From a virus (lineage: Duplodnaviria; Caudoviricetes): a stretch of DNA of 30,292 nt. The notes under the pieces are model-generated. The model saw only the letters and a program-made list of their open reading frames with translations, was not told where the DNA came from and did not search any database. The stretch is taken from positions 1 to 30,292 of IMG/VR virus record IMGVR_UViG_3300011339_000732. One strand, 5' to 3'. Shown in pieces: positions 24,255 to 30,292 of the stretch. Each line of letters starts with the position of its first letter. Position 1 is the stretch's first letter. A program made the position numbers and the translations under genes.

Positions 24255-26298
24255 TGACGGTCTCCGCGGAAATCGACAGCACGGTCAGGGGCAGTGGGTC
24301 GGACTGGCGGATGCAGATTTGCCCGTTGGTCTGCCACTGGGGCCCGATCTTGATGGCGATTTCGTCGGTGGTCAGGTTGGGCGGCGCGCCGTAGGCCTCG
24401 GTGGTGCGCTGTTTGTATTCGGTCAGGCTCGTGAAGCTCGGGCCTGCGAACACGCCGGAACTGCGGTAGACGCGCAGCCACACCTCGTTGACGTTCTTCG
24501 GTCGGCCCTGCCCCGCGCCCGGCATCTCGACGGCGAAGGGGAGGGTCTGGAGGTCGGCCTCGATGGGCAGGCCGATGATGATCGTCGAGGCTTCGGCGGG
24601 CAGCGGCTCGGGCAGGCCGCCCGCTGAAACTGTCTGCTGCGGGCAGACAGCGCCGTCGGCCAGGATCGACACGGTCTCGCCGTTGAGGTGGGCCAACCCC
24701 GACGTCACTTCGTCGATGGCAGCGCCGCTGTAGTAGACACCTGCGTCCACGAAGAAGGCGTCGGCCGCGTCGGTGAAAGCCCTGCTGCGCATGCGCTCGA
24801 CGTATCGCACAGAGCTGCCGTTGATCTCGCGGCGGATGATGGCGTAGAGCGCCGTCTCACTGCCCTCGCGCACCGAGGCGATGCTCTCGAAGACACCGGC
24901 CGTGTCGTGTTGGTGCCAGCCAGCGACCTGCTGCTCGGGGATGTAGGTCAGGCCCAGCAGCTTGCCGCTCGAGCTGACGAACCAGAGGATCGGGTAGGGC
25001 GACTTGGTCTGGGCGCTGTCGACGATCTCGTAGGTGTCGAACAGGTGCGGGGCGCGCAGCGACAGGTCGCCGGTCAGATAACCGGCGGCGGTGTCCTGGT
25101 ACGACATCTCGCGGACGTGGCCCGCCGTGTCGGCGAAGATCAGGTTCGAGCCGGTGGTGATCGGCGTGGCGTGGCCCGCGCCGACGAACGACTGCGGCCG
25201 CACACCGAAGCTGCCCGGGGTCAGGGCGGTGTTGCCGGAGAACACGCGCCATTCGCCCGCCTGGGTCATGACGATCAGGTCTTGGAGGGGGACGATGTGG
25301 ATGATCTGGTTATAGTCGCGCGCTGCGATCTCGAACTGGATGCTGTCGTCGTCGCGCGGCGGCACCGAGAAGTTGAAGTCGACCTCCGACCCCGTGCGCG
25401 TGGTCCAGATGTTCTGGGGCTGCGTCGTCGAGCCGCCGAACACCTTGCGCTGCTCGAAGTAGGTCACCGCTCCGGGGTCGTTGCCCGCGGCGAAGGGGTC
25501 CGAGGCCTGGGGCGGCGTGATGCCGCCGTTGGCAGGCAGGTTGTCGTCGATCACGCTGACCGAGCCGTTGCCGTCGAGCACGGCGATCAGGTAGAAGAGG
25601 CCCCCCGCTTGGCGGTAGACACGGTAGCCCGTGGCCCCGGTGCGTGCCGTCCAGCTGACTGTGTTGTAGGTGTTGGCTGCGGTCAGGTTGTTGGTCGCCG
25701 TGACAGCCGCCGACGCCGAGCTTTCGACGTCATCCTTGATCGAGGTCACGACGTAGGCGTCGTTGCGCAGGAAGCTCGCCCCCGCCGTGGTCGGCGTGAC
25801 GGCCAGGCCCGCGGGGGCGGTGATGCCGGGGCCGGTGGTGGCGTTGGTCAGGGCCCAGCTCGTGGGGCCAGAGCGGCGCAGCTCCTGCACGACGTAGTCG
25901 GGATGCACCAGCGTCAGCACGTCGGCCGACTGCACGAACTTGACCTTGAACAGGTCGGCCTCTGCGTAGCTGTTGGCGATCTCGTAGGGCACGCCAGCCG
26001 AGAGGACAGTGCCTCCCAGGCTGTGGAAACGGAAATAGCCCGCGCCGAACTCGATCACCACCGTGTCGGTGGCACTGAAGGTGAAGGGCAGCAGGCGGGT
26101 CTTCTTGGTGCTGTCCTTCACCGCGCGCACAAACTCGAAGCCCGCGCGGTTCTGCGCGGGCCCGTGCGGCAGGGTGACGAAGTTCCGGCAAAGGGCGAGC
26201 CCGGTCTGGTAGCGGACGTCGTCGATGCGGCCGTACATTTCGGGCGTGATCTCGCCCCCGGCCATCGAGCGGAAGTTGGTGCGCGTGGTGGCACCCAT
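24244..26298 (-). CDS. Tail tubular protein B / nozzle (T7 gp12-like)
   Basis: 'SMAGGEITPEMYGRIDD..Y..GLALCRNF...HGPAQNRAGF', 'PGAVTYFEQRKVFGG', 'YIPEQQVAGWHQH'; beta-propeller-like; follows the adaptor. Confidence 0.88.
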   Translation of the reverse strand: MGATTRTNFRSMAGGEITPEMYGRIDDVRYQTGLALCRNFVTLPHGPAQNRAGFEFVRAVKDSTKKTRLLPFTFSATDTVVIEFGAGYFRFHSLGGTVLSAGVPYEIANSYAEADLFKVKFVQSADVLTLVHPDYVVQELRRSGPTSWALTNATTGPGITAPAGLAVTPTTAGASFLRNDAYVVTSIKDDVESSASAAVTATNNLTAANTYNTVSWTARTGATGYRVYRQAGGLFYLIAVLDGNGSVSVIDDNLPANGGITPPQASDPFAAGNDPGAVTYFEQRKVFGGSTTQPQNIWTTRTGSEVDFNFSVPPRDDDSIQFEIAARDYNQIIHIVPLQDLIVMTQAGEWRVFSGNTALTPGSFGVRPQSFVGAGHATPITTGSNLIFADTAGHVREMSYQDTAAGYLTGDLSLRAPHLFDTYEIVDSAQTKSPYPILWFVSSSGKLLGLTYIPEQQVAGWHQHDTAGVFESIASVREGSETALYAIIRREINGSSVRYVERMRSRAFTDAADAFFVDAGVYYSGAAIDEVTSGLAHLNGETVSILADGAVCPQQTVSAGGLPEPLPAEASTIIIGLPIEADLQTLPFAVEMPGAGQGRPKNVNEVWLRVYRSSGVFAGPSFTSLTEYKQRTTEAYGAPPNLTTDEIAIKIGPQWQTNGQICIRQSDPLPLTVLSISAETVIAG

Positions 26299-26951
26299 CA
26301 GCGTGCGCCCACCCAGGGGGCGATATGCGCGTCACGCACGCGACTGGCGCGCCGCTGCTTGGCGTCCTTGAGCTGGGCCTGGTTGAGGTAGACGCCCATC
26401 GTCTGGAGCATCTGGGCCGCAACCGTGCGGCCCGTCTCGCCCTTGAGCACCGGGCCAGCGAGGAAGCTGGCCAGGAAGTAGGAGAGAGCCACGGTGAAGA
26501 GCGGCGGGAAGAAGCTGGGGATCGTCACCGCAGCGGTGTAGCGGATGCGCGCGTCGGCCACGTTGGTGTAGAGCACGCGGGTATTGTCGGAGAGGCCCTC
26601 GATCTCGAAGTCGTTCACCCCGTTGACAGCGGCCAGCGGGCCGTAGGCGGTGCCCACGAAATCGTCGGTGTCTTCGGGGCCCTGGACGGCGAACACACCG
26701 AGCACATTCGACGGCAGCGCGTAGGCGTAGGCCCACGGCGTGTTGGGCTCTTCGTCGAGCAGCGCCAGCGCCACGCGGCGCAGCGCAAAGTTCCAGGGAT
26801 ACATCTCGGTCAGCGCGTCGCGCGCGATGGGATAGAACAGGGCGGCCTGCTCGGCCTGCGCGCTGCCCTCCGGCGGCTCGAGGTTCACGACGGTGGCGTC
26901 GTCGCCGAGGTGCGACAGGGCCAGGTTGGCAATCGCTACGGAAGTTGTCAA
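26298..26951 (-). CDS. Tail tubular protein A / head-tail adaptor (T7 gp11-like)
   Basis: True start is probably TTG 26951, with AAGGAGG RBS inside the end of the HNH gene: 'MTTSVAIANLALSHLGD...YPIARDAL..YPWNFA..WAYAYALPSN...FPPLFTVALSYFLA'. Confidence 0.85.
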   Translation of the reverse strand: MTTSVAIANLALSHLGDDATVVNLEPPEGSAQAEQAALFYPIARDALTEMYPWNFALRRVALALLDEEPNTPWAYAYALPSNVLGVFAVQGPEDTDDFVGTAYGPLAAVNGVNDFEIEGLSDNTRVLYTNVADARIRYTAAVTIPSFFPPLFTVALSYFLASFLAGPVLKGETGRTVAAQMLQTMGVYLNQAQLKDAKQRRASRVRDAHIAPWVGAR

Positions 26952-27400
26952 AGGAAGCCTCCTTGGCGCACGTACCGCGCCGCTTTTTCGAGCACGGCGC
27001 TTTGGTCTTTGAAGTGACCAAGCCCCGTGTTGCACGAGTGACAGAGCAGCCCACGGAACGCGCCCGTGGCGTGGTCGTGGTCTACGTGGAAACGGCCTTT
27101 TCCGCCAGCTTCGGTGGCCCCGCAAAGAGCGCAGCCCGCCTGAGCCAGACGGTCAAAATCCTCCAGCGTCAGCCCAAACTTCTTGAGCTTGCAGCGGCGG
27201 CGGTTGCGGTCCAGCGTGGCGGGCGTTTGGTTTTGCCTATCGCGTGCCTTGGCGTTTACGCACGGGCGGCAGTAGGCCTTAACGGCACGCGGTGCTCTCG
27301 CGCTGTTCAACGAACCAAACGCAGACCGGGGCAGCACCTCCGCGCATCTCGCGCAGGGTTTCGGGTCGGCCAACATCTTGACGCCAGGCCTGCAGGCCAT
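26948..27400 (-). CDS. Endonuclease VII-family HNH endonuclease (free-standing, homing-endonuclease-like)
   Basis: N-terminal CxxC...CxxC, 'KKFGLTLEDFD..CALC...HVDHDHATGAFRGLLCHSCNTGLGHFKD'; RBS GAGGTG. Confidence 0.9.
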   Translation of the reverse strand: MACRPGVKMLADPKPCARCAEVLPRSAFGSLNSARAPRAVKAYCRPCVNAKARDRQNQTPATLDRNRRRCKLKKFGLTLEDFDRLAQAGCALCGATEAGGKGRFHVDHDHATGAFRGLLCHSCNTGLGHFKDQSAVLEKAARYVRQGGFL

Positions 27401-27413
27401 CGGGGATCACCTC

Positions 27414-27449
27414 AAAGAAAAGAGCCGGGGGCTTGTGGGCCCCCGGCTC
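27414..27449 (-). terminator. Rho-independent terminator after the capsid gene block
   Basis: On the - strand, GAGCCGGGGGC-CCACAA-GCCCCCGGCTC (11-bp stem) followed by TTTTCTTT; position analogous to the post-capsid terminator of T7-like phages. Confidence 0.85.
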
Positions 27450-27481
27450 GGAACCCCTACGGGGAGGGGGTTGGTTCTGGC

Positions 27482-27805
27482 CTAGACCAGGTCGTTCTGC
27501 TCTTCGCCAACTTCGGCGGCTTCGGCCAGGGCCTGTTCCACTTCTGCGGGGAAGACGGCAGCCGGGGCGGGCTTGGGTGCCCGGGCAGCCTTGCGGGGAG
27601 CTTCGTCTTCGACAAGAACCATCCAGTCGACGATGCCGTGGCCTTCGGCGAGCTGGAACTTCGAGCCCACCGGGCGGAAGTGGTTGGCGGGGTAGACACC
27701 CGGGTGGATAGCTTCCACCCAGGTGTTTTTCCCAGCCTTGTCGTAGACGCGGCGGCCTTCAGCGTCGAAGCGTCGGCCTTGGGCGTCAATGCGGGCTTTG
27801 CTCAC
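27482..27805 (-). CDS. Hypothetical protein in head module
   Basis: GTG start after the cement gene; N-terminal D-A-x-G-R-R repeats, Pro/Ala/Lys linker, acidic tail. Confidence 0.6.
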   Translation of the reverse strand: MSKARIDAQGRRFDAEGRRVYDKAGKNTWVEAIHPGVYPANHFRPVGSKFQLAEGHGIVDWMVLVEDEAPRKAARAPKPAPAAVFPAEVEQALAEAAEVGEEQNDLV

Positions 27806-27816
27806 GGTTCAGCCCC

Positions 27817-28290
27817 TTAGACCGGCATCGCGTCGGGGTAGTAGCGGTGCGCCGGGTACGGATCAGGCGACAGGAAGGCGTTGATCGCGCCGGCCGTGAC
27901 GGTCGTCGTACCGATCACGGCGAGGATGCCGAGATAACGCTCGTAGACCGCGCCCTGCGGCAGGGCGATGGAGCAGATCAGACCACCCGCGTTCAGGCGG
28001 GCGTCGTTGGCTGCAGCATCGTCCGTCACCAGGGTGCCGCTCGAGTAATGCACGGTCGGGGACGTGGCCAGGTTGGCCGTGCTGTCCGAGACCAGGCGGA
28101 ACTCGATGGTACCAGCAGCGCCGCCCGTGATGATCTCGGTGGCGGTGTTGATGATGAGATAGAGGGGCTGGCCCGCGCCAATGTCGCGCGAGGCAGCACC
28201 CAGGTCGATGACATCGCCGATGAGGGCGGTGCCTGCCGCAGCTGCCACCGAGGTGGCATCTGCGAACTCGTTACGTTCGTCGAGGATCAT
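27817..28290 (-). CDS. Capsid cement/decoration protein (Bbp16-like)
   Basis: 'MILDERNEFADATSV...DVIDLG..RDIGAGQPLYL...ERYLGI..V....TAGAINAFL'; directly follows the MCP as in BPP-1/epsilon15. Confidence 0.82.
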   Translation of the reverse strand: MILDERNEFADATSVAAAAGTALIGDVIDLGAASRDIGAGQPLYLIINTATEIITGGAAGTIEFRLVSDSTANLATSPTVHYSSGTLVTDDAAANDARLNAGGLICSIALPQGAVYERYLGILAVIGTTTVTAGAINAFLSPDPYPAHRYYPDAMPV

Positions 28291-28314
28291 GTTCTTGTTC
28301 TCCAGGGGCCCCGC

Positions 28315-29319
28315 TTACGCGGCGACCTTTGCTTCAGTGTGCAGCAGGCTGTCGACCCGGCGAACCGGGAAGCCGTCGAAGGTCATCACGGACTGGCCAG
28401 CGACGTCCGACATCATCAGGGTCGAGTTCTTGACCTTGTTGACCATCTGGCGGCGCAGGAAGCTGTGAACGCGGCGGCTGCAGTAGAAGGCACCACGGAT
28501 GCCGGTCAGGTTCGGGATGAACGAGGCGACGTCCGTCATCAGGTCGATGAGGTCAGCGCCGGTCGCGGCATCCTTCGTCAACTCGGCGAAGTCAACCTGA
28601 ATGCGGTAGACGTAGCGCCAGTCCTTGAGGACCAGGCCAGCGTCCATGCGGTAGTGCGTGCGGTAGGCTTCCATCCGACCACCGGCACCATCGACGTTCT
28701 CGATGGTGATCTGACCCTTGTCGTCGGTCTTGAGACCGGCAACGGACCCCTTGGGGTAGGTCATGAAGCAGGAGTTCGGGCCCCAGCCAATGAACCAGAT
28801 CGAGGTGTTGGTGGAGTTGGAGCCGTCGGCGGCCGAGGCGTTGATGTTCTGGCCGTTTTCAGCGGACAGCGAGGAGTAGCGAGCGGCGAAGCCCGTGAAC
28901 TTCTCGGGGGTCACATCTTCGTCGGCGTAGAAGATCGAGGAGGCGAGGTCTTGCGACATGCCTTCGATGTGGGCGGTGTCTTCCGACAGGCGGAAGGCGG
29001 CGGTGTTGCCGTTCAGGTCAGCCAGGGCCTTGTCGACCTCGGCGTAGGCTTCCATCATACCGGCGTTGTCGGTCACCTGGGCGGTGCGCGACTTGGTCGG
29101 CTGAACGCCGCCGTACAGCTTGCGCCAGGTCGGGGCAGGCAGGCCGGTGCGGATCGTCGAGCGGTGACCCGTCGGCAGGTTGCCTTCGATGTACACGGCG
29201 TCGGACAGGATTTCGTTGGTCTGGGCGAGGATTTCGACGATCTTGTCGACCTTGCCAGCCGGGTCCAGACGCTTGGAAACGTCCAGCAGAGTGGGGTGGG
29301 TATCCGAAAGGGTGGCCAC
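28315..29319 (-). CDS. Major capsid protein (BPP-1 Bbp17/epsilon15 gp7-like)
   Basis: 'MATLSDTHPTLLDVSKRLDPAGKVDKIVEILAQTNEIL.D...EGNLPTGHRSTIRTGLP.PTWRKLYGGV..', 'GLVLKDWRYV.RI', 'FDGFPVRRVDSLL.TE'. Confidence 0.93.
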   Translation of the reverse strand: MATLSDTHPTLLDVSKRLDPAGKVDKIVEILAQTNEILSDAVYIEGNLPTGHRSTIRTGLPAPTWRKLYGGVQPTKSRTAQVTDNAGMMEAYAEVDKALADLNGNTAAFRLSEDTAHIEGMSQDLASSIFYADEDVTPEKFTGFAARYSSLSAENGQNINASAADGSNSTNTSIWFIGWGPNSCFMTYPKGSVAGLKTDDKGQITIENVDGAGGRMEAYRTHYRMDAGLVLKDWRYVYRIQVDFAELTKDAATGADLIDLMTDVASFIPNLTGIRGAFYCSRRVHSFLRRQMVNKVKNSTLMMSDVAGQSVMTFDGFPVRRVDSLLHTEAKVAA

Positions 29320-29332
29320 GGTAGTTCTCCAG

Positions 29333-29983
29333 TCAGTTCATGTTGGGGAAAAGGATTTTGGCTGCGTCCTGGGCAGGGGAGGACTTGCCCCCCGCCACGA
29401 ACGTGTCTTCGCTGATGGCCTTGCCGACACGGAACATGAACCGGATGACTTCCGGGTTGTCGCCGAGGCGGTGTACGTCCAGCAGTTCGCGGAGTTCCGG
29501 CGTGCCGAACTGGTCGACTGCCTTCTTCGCGACCGCCAAGTTGACCGGGAGAGCATCGCCCCCGAACTCCTTGTCGGTTTCGGCACGGCCCTTCCAGTCG
29601 GCGAACATTTCGCTCGTCGCCTGTTGGTGTTCAGCCGCCCACTTCTGGGCCAGCTTCACGCCAAGGTCCGTGACCTTTTGCGCGGCGTCCTGCGGCAGGT
29701 TGAGTTCCTTGGCGACGTTCTTGAACTCGCCGAGCAGTTCAGCGTCGAGTTCGACGCCTTCGGGCACGGAGAAATCCTCGTAGGCTTCGGGCGCTCCTTG
29801 CGGTGCGTCTTCGGCCTTGTCGCCTTCGGCCTGCTGCGCCTGTTCGCCTTCGACCGGATCGGTCGGGGCGGCTTCGGCTACCGGCTGCTGTGCGGTGGCG
29901 TCGGTGTTGGCGACGTCGCCCGCGGTCTGCGATGCGGCTTCATCGGTGGGTGTGTCGGCCGTCATCAGCGTAGTGTCAGTCAT
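29333..29983 (-). CDS. Capsid scaffolding/assembly protein
   Basis: Acidic, low-complexity N-terminus, 'APEAYEDF..PEG', 'GDNPEVIRFMFRVGKAISED'; immediately upstream of the MCP. Confidence 0.8.
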   Translation of the reverse strand: MTDTTLMTADTPTDEAASQTAGDVANTDATAQQPVAEAAPTDPVEGEQAQQAEGDKAEDAPQGAPEAYEDFSVPEGVELDAELLGEFKNVAKELNLPQDAAQKVTDLGVKLAQKWAAEHQQATSEMFADWKGRAETDKEFGGDALPVNLAVAKKAVDQFGTPELRELLDVHRLGDNPEVIRFMFRVGKAISEDTFVAGGKSSPAQDAAKILFPNMN

Positions 29984-30287
29984 GTCCGAAATGCTCCTGC
30001 ATCATGGTCTGGAAACCGAGCGGCGCGGCCTTGGCGACCTTGCCTTGGAACTCGAGACCGATGGCGCGCTTGCCTTCCCTGAAGAACGTCTCACTGTTGC
30101 CAGTGAAACTTGAGACGTAGAGACCCGTGGCCTCGAGCAGACGCCAGGCAATCCGGCGTCCTCGAGGCGTGGCCATGAGCCATTCCAGATCGGCCTTGTC
30201 GGTGTCCCTGCGGTTCCGTGCGTCCTGGGCTCTCGCCTCGGCGCTCTTCTGCTGGGTCACCAAATCGGTCGGGTCTTCCTGGCTCAT
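29976..30287 (-). CDS. Bbp19-like small head-module protein
   Basis: 'DLEWLMATPRGRRIAWRLLE..G...SSFTGNSETFFREGKRAIGL' pattern, usually found between portal and scaffold in BPP-1-like phages. Confidence 0.75.
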   Translation of the reverse strand: MSQEDPTDLVTQQKSAEARAQDARNRRDTDKADLEWLMATPRGRRIAWRLLEATGLYVSSFTGNSETFFREGKRAIGLEFQGKVAKAAPLGFQTMMQEHFGHD

Positions 30288-30292
30288 AGCCC

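Overview
A 30.3-kb, GC-rich segment of a BPP-1/APSE/epsilon15-like podovirus (phage or prophage). The host is probably in Caulobacteraceae (Brevundimonas/Caulobacter-like), inferred from its GapR and GcrA-like genes. The + strand (1-5525) is a replication module: DUF2815 SSB, a NUMOD1-like protein, family A DNA polymerase, VRR-NUC nuclease, a tandem GcrA-type HTH protein, an SNF2-like helicase and GapR. It converges on a structured intergenic region with a terminator and a candidate ~120-nt sRNA. The - strand (30287 down to 5675) is the late operon: Bbp19-like protein, scaffold, major capsid, cement protein, a small ORF, a terminator, an EndoVII-type HNH endonuclease, adaptor, nozzle, a gp13-like GNAT, three ejection proteins, tail fibre, lysis cassette (holins, M15 endolysin, overlapping spanins) and a tail-collar protein. 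Most striking observations: (1) the 3358-aa ejection protein is a polyvalent enzyme array with what looks like a T3-type SAM lyase, two ADP-ribosyltransferase-like domains, an HhH-GPD glycosylase-like domain and an HExxH peptidase, with a recurring hydrophobic-x-Q motif at most module junctions; (2) by manual scan the window has no GANTC (CcrM) site; (3) it encodes a GcrA DNA-binding-domain-only protein and GapR. Together these suggest a candidate system for evading or subverting the alphaproteobacterial CcrM/GcrA methylation circuit. All domain calls come from motif recognition by eye, not database searches.
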